A stretch of 64,000 nucleotides of DNA from an uncultured Candidatus Saccharibacteria bacterium (GCA_964369115.1 CAYJED010000002.1:10193-74192); one strand, 5' to 3'; counted from the stretch's first letter, positions 51,387-60,917 are shown. Program-made: numbers and translations. The notes: a model not told the origin generated them from the letters alone.

Positions 51387-53933
51387 TTACCTAAGATGTT
51401 TATATTCTTCACAGTCACACTTCTTCACCTTCTTCCCTCTTCCACATGGACATGGGTCATTACGTCCAAATTTTTCTGCACCACTTGTAGCAGCAACTGA
51501 ATGAGAAGGAGATTCAACTTGCGGAATCACCGAAACAAAACTTGCCTCTTGAGCTGCTTGTGCCTGTTGAGCAGCAAAGAACCCGTCAAGATTTTCCACA
51601 AATGTAGTCATCTCACCCTCGATTGAAGCTTCAAGGTTACGGAACGCTCGAAGACCTTCTTTTTTGTATTCAACAAGTGGATCACGCTGACCGTACGCAC
51701 GAAGGTTTACACTTGAACGAAGGTGCTCCATGTAATCAATATGATCCATCCATAACGTATCAATTACCTGAAGAAGCATAACTCTAAAGATATGACGCAC
51801 AGCAAGTGATCCGTACTTTACTTCTTTACCTTCAAAGTTTTCTTTAAGTCCTTCTTTTTTAGCAAAGAGATCCTGAAGCACTTCATCAATAAATGAAGCA
51901 TCTTCAAAAAGAATTTTGCGACGACGAGCATACACGCTTGTTCGCTGCTGATTTAAAACATCGTCATACTGAAGTGTATGCTTACGAGTATCAAAATGGA
52001 AGCCTTCAATTTTTTCCTGAGCACCTTCAAGAGCGCGCGACACAAGCTTAGACGCAATAGGCTCATCTTCTGGGATACCAAAGCGCCCCATCATGGTTTT
52101 TATATTTGAAGAACCAAACACTCGCATAAGATCGTCTTCAAGGGAAACAAAAAACTGCGTCTCACCTTTATCTCCTTGGCGCCCCGCACGTCCACGAAGC
52201 TGATTGTCAATACGACGAGCCTCATGACGTTCAGTACCAATCACAAAGAGTCCGCCAAGAGTAAGCACTTCCTCTTTTTCAGCATCTGTTGCTTGTGGAC
52301 CGCCAAGTTTAATGTCTACTCCACGACCTGCCATGTTGGTTGCGATAGTTACTGCACCACGCTTTCCAGCTTCTGCAATAATCTCTCCTTCTTTTTCGTG
52401 GTTCTTCGCATTAAGTACTGCATGAGGAACACCTTCACGAGTGAGGTAGGTAGAAATTGCCTCATTTTTTTCAATAGAAATAGTACCAATAAGTACTGGT
52501 TGTCCCTTTTCATGAAGTTCTTTTACCTTCTTTGAAAGTGCTTGCCACTTACCTTTTTCGGTTTGGAAAATAAAGTCTGGATGATCGGTACGCGAAATGA
52601 TGTTATGTGTTGGAATTGGAGTCACCACAAGACCGTATACTTTATAGAACTCTTCTTTTGAAGTTTCTGCAGTCCCTGTCATTCCTGCAAGCTTTTCATA
52701 GAAGCGGAAATAGTTCTGGAATGTAATAGACGCAAGTGTTCGAGACTCCTGCTCCACCTTCACCCCCTCTTTTGCTTCTACCGCTTGATGAAGACCGTCT
52801 GACCAGCGACGCCCTGGCTGCATACGCCCAGTAAATTCATCAACGATAATAACTTCACCGTCTTTTACCACGTATTCTTTTTCTCGAACAAAAAGCGCTT
52901 TTGCTTTTACCGCAGTCTCAAGATGATGTACATACTTCACTGTTTCAAGTGAATAAATATTTGAAATATTAAGAAGTGCTTCTGCTTTATTGATTCCTGA
53001 TTCAGTAAGAGAAATGGCTCGCTGCTTTTCATCAACGGTATAATCTTCATCTAAAATAAGCTGTTCTGCAATCTGCGCAAAACGAACATACATGTCACTC
53101 GACTCTTGTGAAGGAGCAGAGATGATAAGCGGGGTACGTGCTTCATCGATAAGGATCGAGTCAATTTCGTCAACGATTGCAAAATGATGTGTGTGCTGAG
53201 TGAGAGCATCTTTGTTGTATCCAATATTGTCACGAAGATAATCAAACCCAAACTCGTTATTTGTACCGTAGGTAATATCTGCTCTGTATGCCTCCTGACG
53301 ATTACACGGCTTAAGGTAGTCGTATACAACTTTATATGACCCTACTTCATCACGTTTAATGTCATCTTCTTTCTGTTCACTCTCTTCTAAATGATCAGCA
53401 TCATACATAAATGATGACTGATGATTGATAACTGAAACAGTAACACCAAGCGCATCATATACCTGCCCCATCCACACTGCATCACGACGTGAAAGGTAGT
53501 CGTTGACAGTAACAATGTGTACACCACGACCAGTGAGTGCGTTTAAGTATGCCGGAAGTGTTGCAACAAGTGTCTTTCCTTCTCCTGTACGCATTTCTGC
53601 AATATGACCACGATGAAGAAGTATTCCTCCAATCACCTGCACACGATAATGCATCATATGAAGTGTGCGGCGAGCACTTTCTCTCACAAGCGCAAACGCT
53701 TCAGGGAGAACCTCTTCAAGAATTTTCTTTTCTTTTTGCTTTAAATCATCCCCTACCAAACCTTCAAGCTCTTTCATTACTCGTGCTTTAAGCACAAGAC
53801 TTTTTTCTTTGAGCTCAGTATCTGAAAGTGTTTTAAGTGTTTCTTCATACGAAAAAACAACATCTACTAAAGGAGTAAGCGATTTAATGGTTTTTTTGGA
53901 CTCGTCCGGAAAAAGCTTTGTAATAAAAGACAT
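51387..53933 (-). CDS. secA: preprotein translocase ATPase SecA
   Basis: DEAD-like motor domains, C-terminal zinc-binding CPCGRGKKVKKCDC. Confidence 0.9.
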   Translation of the reverse strand: MSFITKLFPDESKKTIKSLTPLVDVVFSYEETLKTLSDTELKEKSLVLKARVMKELEGLVGDDLKQKEKKILEEVLPEAFALVRESARRTLHMMHYRVQVIGGILLHRGHIAEMRTGEGKTLVATLPAYLNALTGRGVHIVTVNDYLSRRDAVWMGQVYDALGVTVSVINHQSSFMYDADHLEESEQKEDDIKRDEVGSYKVVYDYLKPCNRQEAYRADITYGTNNEFGFDYLRDNIGYNKDALTQHTHHFAIVDEIDSILIDEARTPLIISAPSQESSDMYVRFAQIAEQLILDEDYTVDEKQRAISLTESGINKAEALLNISNIYSLETVKYVHHLETAVKAKALFVREKEYVVKDGEVIIVDEFTGRMQPGRRWSDGLHQAVEAKEGVKVEQESRTLASITFQNYFRFYEKLAGMTGTAETSKEEFYKVYGLVVTPIPTHNIISRTDHPDFIFQTEKGKWQALSKKVKELHEKGQPVLIGTISIEKNEAISTYLTREGVPHAVLNAKNHEKEGEIIAEAGKRGAVTIATNMAGRGVDIKLGGPQATDAEKEEVLTLGGLFVIGTERHEARRIDNQLRGRAGRQGDKGETQFFVSLEDDLMRVFGSSNIKTMMGRFGIPEDEPIASKLVSRALEGAQEKIEGFHFDTRKHTLQYDDVLNQQRTSVYARRRKILFEDASFIDEVLQDLFAKKEGLKENFEGKEVKYGSLAVRHIFRVMLLQVIDTLWMDHIDYMEHLRSSVNLRAYGQRDPLVEYKKEGLRAFRNLEASIEGEMTTFVENLDGFFAAQQAQAAQEASFVSVIPQVESPSHSVAATSGAEKFGRNDPCPCGRGKKVKKCDCEEYKHLR

Positions 53934-54082
53934 AGTTAGGAGATTATACCATATATAGAGGCTAGAATATAGACACCCATAACTGTCTCATCCATCTTTA
54001 TGTAACAAGAGCACAAAACAAAACAAGCTCCATGGGAGTGGAGCTTGTTTTGTTTAAAGAACTAAAGGAGACTCGAAGTAAA

Positions 54083-54223
54083 TTACTTCTTTGATGTCTT
54101 CTTAACAGCTTTCTTTGCAACTTTTTTTACTGCTTTCTTTGCTACCTTCTTAGGTGCAGCCTTCTTAACAGCTTTCTTTGCAACTTTTTTTACTGCTTTC
54201 TTGGCAGCTTTTTTTACTGGCAT
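54083..54223 (-). CDS. tiny lysine/alanine-rich basic protein with KKAAKKAV repeats (histone H1/Hc1-like)
   Basis: MPVKKAAKKAVKKVAKKAVKKAAPKKVAKKAVKKVAKKAVKKTSKK (46 aa); contains ~45-nt internal tandem duplication. Confidence 0.5.
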   Translation of the reverse strand: MPVKKAAKKAVKKVAKKAVKKAAPKKVAKKAVKKVAKKAVKKTSKK

Positions 54224-54410
54224 AGAATTATTTATTATTCAAAATCTATGAGAGTGCTTGTAAATTTTTGATCACGACCGTTGATCACTACTCTCTATGT
54301 ATAAGTATGACACTCTCGTACATACACACAATAGTTTTGTATGTGAAGTGTGTGGATAACTTGCAATTTTTATAAAATCTATTTATGCAAATGCGAAGCA
54401 TTCGCATAAA

Positions 54411-54466
54411 TAGTTAATAGTTAATAGTTAATAGTTAATAGTTAATAGTTAATAGTTAATAGTTCC
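54411..54466. repeat. heptanucleotide tandem repeat (TAGTTAA) x ~7.5
   Basis: tagttaatagttaatagttaat... directly read. Confidence 0.9.
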
Positions 54467-54535
54467 TCTGCTTATAGTAAAAGTGTAGCCGAGCTAAAAG
54501 TAAGAGAGCAAGTAATTTAATTTAAATATAAAAAT

Positions 54536-54566
54536 GAAAAAGCCCCGCACGGAGTACCGTGCGGGA
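54536..54566 (-). terminator. GC-rich rho-independent terminator of GC-rich island gene
   Basis: minus strand: gtcccgcacgg-tact-ccgtgcggggc followed by tttttcatttt. Confidence 0.75.
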
Positions 54567-54627
54567 CAAGGACTAAGTCCAAAGGGTCCAAGTGCTAATT
54601 GAGACCTAAGTGAACACATCCTCAGTG

Positions 54628-55254
54628 CTAACCTGCAAGCACGGCAGACGGGCGGTTGGCGTCCCACTCGACGTCCAACCAAGTGTAGCGCCAGCGCCAC
54701 CTGCCATCGCTCCAGAACAAGTCCAGGACGTAGCGGCCGCCGCCCGAGTGCTGCAGAATGGTTCCGTCGAAGAACACGTACGTGGTGTTGCCGTTGGTGG
54801 GTTGCTTCCACGCTTCGGGGATGAGGTGTTGGTTTTCCCAGAGGGTCTGAAACACCTTCGCATCGAGGCGAATGTCGCCAGATGCGATGAGGCGTTTCAG
54901 CTTCTCATTACCGACCACCGTATTTTCGCGGCCCTTCAGCGTCGTTTTGAAGCTGACCTTCGCCAGGTCCACTTCGGTGAGCTTGAGGGAACGCTTGTCT
55001 TCCTCGACGATGGACCAGCCGTTACCGATGAAGGCGACGGGGTCGAAAGCGGAGGTACGGTCGACAGTGATGACCTTCGGAACGCCTGAGATGACACGTC
55101 CGCCGTTCTTGAGGAAGGCGGTGAACTCACGTCCTGCGTCCTTCGGGTTGTCGATGACCTTCTGCAGGATGGAAGCATTGACCGCATCCCAATCCGCATT
55201 GTTCATCAGAATACCGATGGCGTTGAGAACCTGACCTTGTGAGGACTTGTTCAT
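54628..55254 (-). CDS. hypothetical protein encoded in ~58% GC island (foreign composition)
   Basis: Start MNKSSQ with aggaga SD 7 nt upstream; balanced amino-acid composition vs Ala/Arg-rich antisense frames; C-terminal WSDGRWRWRYTWLDVEWD; no family recognised. Confidence 0.55.
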   Translation of the reverse strand: MNKSSQGQVLNAIGILMNNADWDAVNASILQKVIDNPKDAGREFTAFLKNGGRVISGVPKVITVDRTSAFDPVAFIGNGWSIVEEDKRSLKLTEVDLAKVSFKTTLKGRENTVVGNEKLKRLIASGDIRLDAKVFQTLWENQHLIPEAWKQPTNGNTTYVFFDGTILQHSGGGRYVLDLFWSDGRWRWRYTWLDVEWDANRPSAVLAG

Positions 55255-55548
55255 TTGGGTATCTCCTAAGGATTGGCTGACCACGCGTAGAAGCGTAGCT
55301 TGACCGTGCTAGAGGGCTCAAACAAGAGTTTGTTTACCATAGCTTCAAATCTACAATCGCAAGGATTGTGAAACTTAAAGCTAAGGTAAACACAAGTTAA
55401 GTATATTCAAAGAACTCCTATACTATATAATATAGCACATTTGTACATAAAAGTCAATAGCCTAATCTAACAAACCATTAAGAAACTAAGAAGCACTGAT
55501 TTACAATGATTCTATAAAAATACAAGATTTTTTATTCAAAGAACATGA

Positions 55549-55581
55549 TAAGCGTGCGACACCGAAGGTGTCGCACGCTTA
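55549..55581. repeat. GC-rich palindromic hairpin (taagcgtgcgacacc-gaa-ggtgtcgcacgctta)
   Basis: Near-identical stem to hairpin at 58463-58490 in inverted loop orientation. Confidence 0.7.
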
Positions 55582-55602
55582 CTATATGTTGCTTATTAAC
55601 TA

Positions 55603-56139
55603 CTACTTACTTTCTACTGTCGGAAACGCTCTCGCATTATAGCTATGCACTTGTGCAATACATCTACACCCCTTAGGAGCAATGAACTCGTTTACAAACT
55701 CTTCTCCATAGTCATACACAATTTCTTCCCCTTCTTTTATATTTTTAATTGCTTTTACAAACACTCTCCCTTTTTTAATTTCACTTTCCGCATTTGCTGC
55801 TTCTTCACATGCATGATTGCAGTAACGTGCGATATTCCATCTCACTGATCCATCAATCGTCTTATTACGATTCACTTCAAAGAGGTACTGATTACTCTTT
55901 ACCTGATCTGCCTCTTCTTTATTTAAAATATTTCCGATATATTCAATAATAAGCTCCCCTTTCTTAATATCTTCGCCAGCAAAGAGCCCTAAACCTGCAA
56001 GCCCTCGTTTTACTTTTACTATTTTGAAATGGTGATCTGGGAGTTTTGGGGTATCTTTTGTAGAAACCTTCTTAACAATGTTCTTACTCACCTTTTTCTT
56101 CGAACCTTCTTTTAAAATTTTTGACTGTTTAGTTAACAT
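55603..56139 (-). CDS. SET-domain protein lysine methyltransferase
   Basis: GELIIEYIGNIL, NIARYCNHACEEAN, GEEIVYDYG SET motifs; Lys-rich N-terminal tail. Confidence 0.8.
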   Translation of the reverse strand: MLTKQSKILKEGSKKKVSKNIVKKVSTKDTPKLPDHHFKIVKVKRGLAGLGLFAGEDIKKGELIIEYIGNILNKEEADQVKSNQYLFEVNRNKTIDGSVRWNIARYCNHACEEAANAESEIKKGRVFVKAIKNIKEGEEIVYDYGEEFVNEFIAPKGCRCIAQVHSYNARAFPTVESK

Positions 56140-56275
56140 ACATAAGCGCTAAAGAGGCTAATAAAATAGATCATAAGTGTAGCATAAGCACTGTATTTTC
56201 TTAACCTCTTAAGACGTCTTCTTTATGCTAGAATGAAGACATTACTATCTAATACATTAATTACATACATTAAGT

Positions 56276-58423
56276 ATGAAGCAGATTCCAGAGACACTTA
56301 AAAAACCTTTTGATGCGACCGCAGTTGAGAGCACCCTCTACGATATGTGGGAAAAGAGTGGGTATTTTAATCCAGATAATCTTCCAGGTGAACGAGCTCG
56401 CGCATATACCGTGGTACTTCCTCCACCAAATGTCACTGGAACATTACACACTGGGCATGCCATCATGCTTGCTATACAAGATACACTTATCCGCTTCAAG
56501 CGAATGAGCGGATATAAAGCTCTCTGGATACCTGGTACTGATCACGCTGCCATTGCGACACAGTCTGTAGTTGAAAAAAAGATTCAAAAAGAAGAAGGTA
56601 AAAGTCGTCACGATCTCGGACGAGAAGAAATGATGCGTCGTATTAATGCTTTTGCACTTGAAAGCCAAAATACTATTCTTGCTCAAACAAAATCAATGGG
56701 TGCATCTCTTGACTGGTCTAGACTTTCATTTACATTAGATGACACACGTAACCTTGCAGTACGTACGATGTTTAAAAAGATGTACGACGATGGACTTATT
56801 TATCGTGGGCAGCGCATTGTTAACTGGGACCCGAAAGGACAAACCACTATTTCAGATGATGAAACAGTAACAGAGGAGAGAAAAGGAGTTCTTTACACAT
56901 TTAAATACAGTAAAGACTTCCCTATTGCTATCTCTTCAACACGACCAGAAACAAAAGTGGGGGATGTTGCTGTTGCTGTACATCCAGATGATGAACGATA
57001 TAAAGAATATGTCGGAAAAGAATACAGCATGACATTTGCTGGATGCCCTATCACTATTCGTGTTATCGCAGATGAAGCAGTAGAAAAAGAGTTTGGAACT
57101 GGAGCTCTTGGTGTAACCCCTGCACATAGCACAATTGACTGGGAGATTAAGGAGCGTCACAACCTCCCTTCAATTCAAGTCATTAATGAATACGCAAAGA
57201 TGTTCGGACTTACAAATGAAGAACTCAATGGAAAAAAAGTGACGGATGCTCGCGAATACATCGTTAACTGGCTTAAAGAAGAAGGTCTTCTTCTTGAAGA
57301 AAAAGAAGTGGTGCAGAATATCCCTACAGCAGAACGAACTGGCGGGGTTATTGAACCACTTCCAAAACTACAATGGTTCGTTGCGGTAAATAAACCTTTT
57401 TCTCATTTTGGAAAAGAAACGACACTTAAAGAGCTTATGCGTAAAGCAGTAGAAAGTGGAGATACAACTGTTTTACCTGACCGTTTTGAAAAGGTGTACT
57501 ATCATTGGATCGAGAATCTTCGTGATTGGTGTATTTCTCGCCAGATCTGGTACGGACACCAAGTCCCTGTTTGGTACAAAGGTGAGGAAATCTACTGTGG
57601 AGTAGAAGCACCTGTTGGAGACGGATGGGTACAAGATGAAGATACACTTGATACATGGTTTTCTTCTGGAATGTGGACATTCTCAACACTTGGATGGCCA
57701 GAGAAAACAAAAGATATGGAAACATATCACCCGACAGCGCTTCTAGAAACGGGCCATGACATTCTTTTCTTCTGGGTGGCACGTATGGTGCTCTTTTCTC
57801 TGTACGCATTAAACGAAGTGCCGTTTAAACATGTGTACCTTCATGGACTCGTTCGTGATGCTCAAGGACGTAAGATGAGTAAATCACTCGGAAACGCACT
57901 TGATCCTCGAGAACTTTCAACAAAGTATGGAACTGACGCGCTTCGCATGGCACTCATTGTTGGAAACGGCCCAGGAAACGATCTTAAGCTTGGTGAAGAC
58001 AAAGTAAAAGCATACAAACTCTTTGCAAATAAAATATGGAACGCAACGCGTTTTGTACTCGAAAAAACCGAAGACTTTGAAACTGCCTCAACTGCATCGT
58101 TTAACGAAGAAGATAGAGCGGTGTATGACGCATGGCATGCTGTACATAAAGATATTACAGATGACCTTGAGAACTATCGTCTTCATCTTGCTTCAGAAAA
58201 GATTCACAATTACTTCTGGCATATTTTCTGTGATGAAATAATTGAAACACGTAAAGTTCGTATTATGGAAAACCAAGACAAAGAAAGTGCCCAGCTTCTC
58301 CTTACTACAATGCTTCGAGAGCTCATTATCACTCTTCATCCATTTATGCCATTCATTACAGAAGAACTATGGAAGCATCTAAAAAAAGATACTGATGAGA
58401 TGCTTATCGTAACAAAGTGGTAA
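56276..58423 (+). CDS. valS: valyl-tRNA synthetase (short form, no C-terminal coiled coil)
   Basis: PPPNVTGTLHTGHA HIGH region, KMSKS at residues 533-537, 715 aa total. Confidence 0.9.
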   Translation: MKQIPETLKKPFDATAVESTLYDMWEKSGYFNPDNLPGERARAYTVVLPPPNVTGTLHTGHAIMLAIQDTLIRFKRMSGYKALWIPGTDHAAIATQSVVEKKIQKEEGKSRHDLGREEMMRRINAFALESQNTILAQTKSMGASLDWSRLSFTLDDTRNLAVRTMFKKMYDDGLIYRGQRIVNWDPKGQTTISDDETVTEERKGVLYTFKYSKDFPIAISSTRPETKVGDVAVAVHPDDERYKEYVGKEYSMTFAGCPITIRVIADEAVEKEFGTGALGVTPAHSTIDWEIKERHNLPSIQVINEYAKMFGLTNEELNGKKVTDAREYIVNWLKEEGLLLEEKEVVQNIPTAERTGGVIEPLPKLQWFVAVNKPFSHFGKETTLKELMRKAVESGDTTVLPDRFEKVYYHWIENLRDWCISRQIWYGHQVPVWYKGEEIYCGVEAPVGDGWVQDEDTLDTWFSSGMWTFSTLGWPEKTKDMETYHPTALLETGHDILFFWVARMVLFSLYALNEVPFKHVYLHGLVRDAQGRKMSKSLGNALDPRELSTKYGTDALRMALIVGNGPGNDLKLGEDKVKAYKLFANKIWNATRFVLEKTEDFETASTASFNEEDRAVYDAWHAVHKDITDDLENYRLHLASEKIHNYFWHIFCDEIIETRKVRIMENQDKESAQLLLTTMLRELIITLHPFMPFITEELWKHLKKDTDEMLIVTKW

Positions 58424-58462
58424 CAAACCCAGTTATTCGTTATTAGTAATTCGTAATTAGTC

Positions 58463-58503
58463 TACAGCGACACCTTCGGTGTCGCTGTAGATATTTTGTA
58501 TTT
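58463..58503 (+). terminator. hairpin terminator after valS (same palindrome family as 55549)
   Basis: ctacagcgacacc-ttc-ggtgtcgctgtag then atattttgtattt. Confidence 0.65.
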
Positions 58504-58619
58504 ACAAATAACTACTTACTAATAACAAACAACTACATTCCCCCTGTGGATAGTATTAGAACAACATCTATAGCTGTGGTTGTATACTATGTGCATATAC
58601 ACCTAAACGTTTATTATTT

Positions 58620-59174
58620 ATGCTTAAAGAAAAAAAATCATTCTTCGAACGATTGGCGGGGTCAATCAGTGTTGAGGATGACGATGATCAAATCGACTTC
58701 ACCCCTGAAGAGGTGCATGACGATACCCCAGAGGAAGTTCCTATTAAGCACACACCGACTCGTGCATCTGCACACCCAGTAACTCACGCAAAACAACCTG
58801 CTCATCATGTTGTTCATGAAGAACCTGAAGAAATGGAAGCAGAGGAAGGAGAACTTTCTGTTGACGTTTATCAGACTGCTACCGAAATCATCATTGAAGC
58901 AATGGTAGCCGGAGTAAAACCTGAAGATCTTCATCTCTCTATCACTCGTGATATGGTAACCATTAAAGGACGTCGCGATGGAAACACTTCAGTGAGTCAC
59001 GATGATTACTTCTATAAAGAACTCTACTGGGGAACCTTCACAAGAACTATTCTTCTTCCTCACGAAGTGGAGATAGAAGAAGCAGAAGCGGTAGAAAAGC
59101 ATGGACTTCTCATTATACGTCTCCCTAAAATCGATAAAGCACGTCAGACAAAGCTTAAAGTTAAATCGATCTAA
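58620..59174 (+). CDS. Hsp20/alpha-crystallin family small heat shock protein
   Basis: alpha-crystallin domain ELSVDVYQTATEIIIEAMVAGV...LLIIRLPK. Confidence 0.85.
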   Translation: MLKEKKSFFERLAGSISVEDDDDQIDFTPEEVHDDTPEEVPIKHTPTRASAHPVTHAKQPAHHVVHEEPEEMEAEEGELSVDVYQTATEIIIEAMVAGVKPEDLHLSITRDMVTIKGRRDGNTSVSHDDYFYKELYWGTFTRTILLPHEVEIEEAEAVEKHGLLIIRLPKIDKARQTKLKVKSI

Positions 59175-59175
59175 T

Positions 59176-59206
59176 AAAAAACGCACAAAAAAATGTGCGT
59201 TTTTTA
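59176..59206 (+). terminator. rho-independent terminator after hsp20
   Basis: aaaaaacgcaca-aaaaaa-tgtgcgtttttt. Confidence 0.8.
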
Positions 59207-59295
59207 TATACAATATCTCCTTGTTACTGAGAAAATATAGGCGTACAATGTATATATCGCTGAAGTATTATCTAAGGCGATGACTGGAGGTTCAT

Positions 59296-59496
59296 ATGGC
59301 AAAAAAGGTAACAACTGCCGAAAAACCTGCTGAACATGACGCTGGAATTCCGGCTCAGATCAAAAATCCGAAAGAAAGGGAGGCCTGGAAAAAAAGAACT
59401 CTCGAGATCAGACTTCAAGAAGAGCGCTCCGCACTTTTCGCAGGCTTCTTCAGAGAAAGTCCGATTTATCCAGGACTCAATCGCTGCTTCCAGTAA
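59296..59496 (+). CDS. hypothetical small protein
   Basis: 66 aa; ggagg SD 6 nt upstream of ATG. Confidence 0.4.
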   Translation: MAKKVTTAEKPAEHDAGIPAQIKNPKEREAWKKRTLEIRLQEERSALFAGFFRESPIYPGLNRCFQ

Positions 59497-59583
59497 GCGC
59501 AGCAACAAACACCACAATCGTATGGTGTTTTTCTTTTTCCATACACGTAACTATAAAATAATCGTATACTAGAGTAATAATCT

Positions 59584-59808
59584 ATGAAAGATACATGTCA
59601 CGAACGTCACGGCCGTTCTTTTGCAAAAGCTGTTAGTTATAGAGTTGTAAGTATTATTATTGACCTTACTATTGTTTTTCTAATTACAAAAAAAGCTGAT
59701 TTAACACTAGGAATTGTGCTTCTTAGTAATACTGCAAGTATTTTTGTGTACTACTTCCATGAGCGCGCATGGAACATTGTCCACTTAGGAAGACGACCAG
59801 CTAAATAA
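59584..59808 (+). CDS. small membrane protein, DUF2061-like
   Basis: RSFAKAVSYRVVSIIIDLTIVFLIT resembles DUF2061 (RSxxKAxSWRxx) family. Confidence 0.45.
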   Translation: MKDTCHERHGRSFAKAVSYRVVSIIIDLTIVFLITKKADLTLGIVLLSNTASIFVYYFHERAWNIVHLGRRPAK

Positions 59809-59920
59809 ACACTTACCTTAAAATAACTAAGGATACTTCTAAAAATCTTTATTTTTGCGAAAAAATATTTTTAGCAAACTATTTAAAGTTTTTTTCTATA
59901 AGCGTATACAGTTTTTACTT

Positions 59921-60487
59921 TTAAGGTTTTTCAATAACATTTTTTGATCTCATTTTCTTTAAAAATTTAATAAATAAAAATACAAGTAAAACGTTACATA
60001 CCATAAAGGACAAAATAACTGTATAGCCTTCTCGGGTCAAAACGTGCAGAAGATTACCTAACTGCCCAAAAATAGATTTTATATCCCAATAAAATCTATA
60101 TAGTAGAAATGTTGAAGGGTGTTCAGATAAGAGCTTTATATTTGATAGGCTATCAACTGACACCTGATATACACCCGCAACAAGTGCGGTGTTACTATTG
60201 TTAACTAAATTTTTTAAAAAAATACTATCTTCCTTTACAACAATTAGCCCCTTGCGGCAACTTGCACTGAAAAACCGCCACTCAACCTTAAACCCATTAA
60301 TAAATTTATCACTCTCATATTTTGCGATATAAATATCTTTATGACGAAAATTTTCATACCCTTGTGGATATAAAATCGGAAGACAGCTACTAGCGTAAAC
60401 ATAGTTGTTGCTAAATATAAAGTTACCAGAGATTAAGATAAATAAAATAAAAAAATATTTTTTCATAAAAATTAACGAGCTAGACAA
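59921..60487 (-). CDS. hypothetical membrane protein
   Basis: 188 aa, N- and C-terminal hydrophobic segments; downstream of tRNA-Phe-linked repeat. Confidence 0.45.
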   Translation of the reverse strand: MSSSLIFMKKYFFILFILISGNFIFSNNYVYASSCLPILYPQGYENFRHKDIYIAKYESDKFINGFKVEWRFFSASCRKGLIVVKEDSIFLKNLVNNSNTALVAGVYQVSVDSLSNIKLLSEHPSTFLLYRFYWDIKSIFGQLGNLLHVLTREGYTVILSFMVCNVLLVFLFIKFLKKMRSKNVIEKP

Positions 60488-60565
60488 GCTTTTTACTTGC
60501 TATTCTGTATACTTAAAAGTATACAGAATAGCAAGTGTTTTTTTGCAAGATATAGAAAAGTATAA

Positions 60566-60773
60566 CTTTGCGACCCCGTATTATCGCCTGCCAAACATGA
60601 CGCAGGTTGCTGTTTTTTTAAAAACAGGCTCGGTCACAGAACTCCTCGTCGCAAGCTCCTCGAGTAAGTTCTGCGACCCCTATTCGAACCTGGACGAAAG
60701 TGACGCAGGTCACTTTCTGTCCCAGCACAGAAATACAAAAGCCGCATCATATGATGCGGCTTTTGTATTTCTG
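60566..60773 (-). repeat. tRNA-3'-flank structured repeat, locus D (two tandem cores: CTTTGCGACCCCGTATTATCGCCTGCC and GGTCACAGAACT...CTGCGACCCCTATTCGAACCTGG) plus 60-bp perfect palindrome embedding tRNA-Phe acceptor 3' strand
   Basis: Core conserved with loci A/B/C; helix CAGAACT/AGTTCTG covaries; palindrome 60721-60780. Confidence 0.7.
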
Positions 60774-60846
60774 TGCTGGGACCCAGGCTCGAACTGGGGA
60801 CCCTTTGCTCTTCAGGCAAATGCTCTACCAACTGAGCTATCCCAGC
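60774..60846 (-). tRNA. tRNA-Phe (anticodon GAA)
   Basis: Manual cloverleaf: GCTGGGA acceptor, anticodon stem TTTGC/GCAAA loop CTGAAGA, T-arm CCCAG-TTCGAGC-CTGGG. Confidence 0.85.
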
Positions 60847-60917
60847 GTATTTAGTTCTAAAAACATGCACACTACTGTTAATAACATTTGCCTGCAAATG
60901 AGCTGTAAAACTTCTTT

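Noticed and set aside
54494-55321. Multiple overlapping ORFs on both strands in the GC-rich island (e.g. 54610-55089 +, 54872-55234 +, 54936-55199 -, 54606-54863 -)
   Set aside because: They are the usual antisense and off-frame open frames of high-GC DNA, rich in Ala, Arg and Pro. Only the minus-strand 54628-55254 frame has an SD, balanced composition and a terminator.
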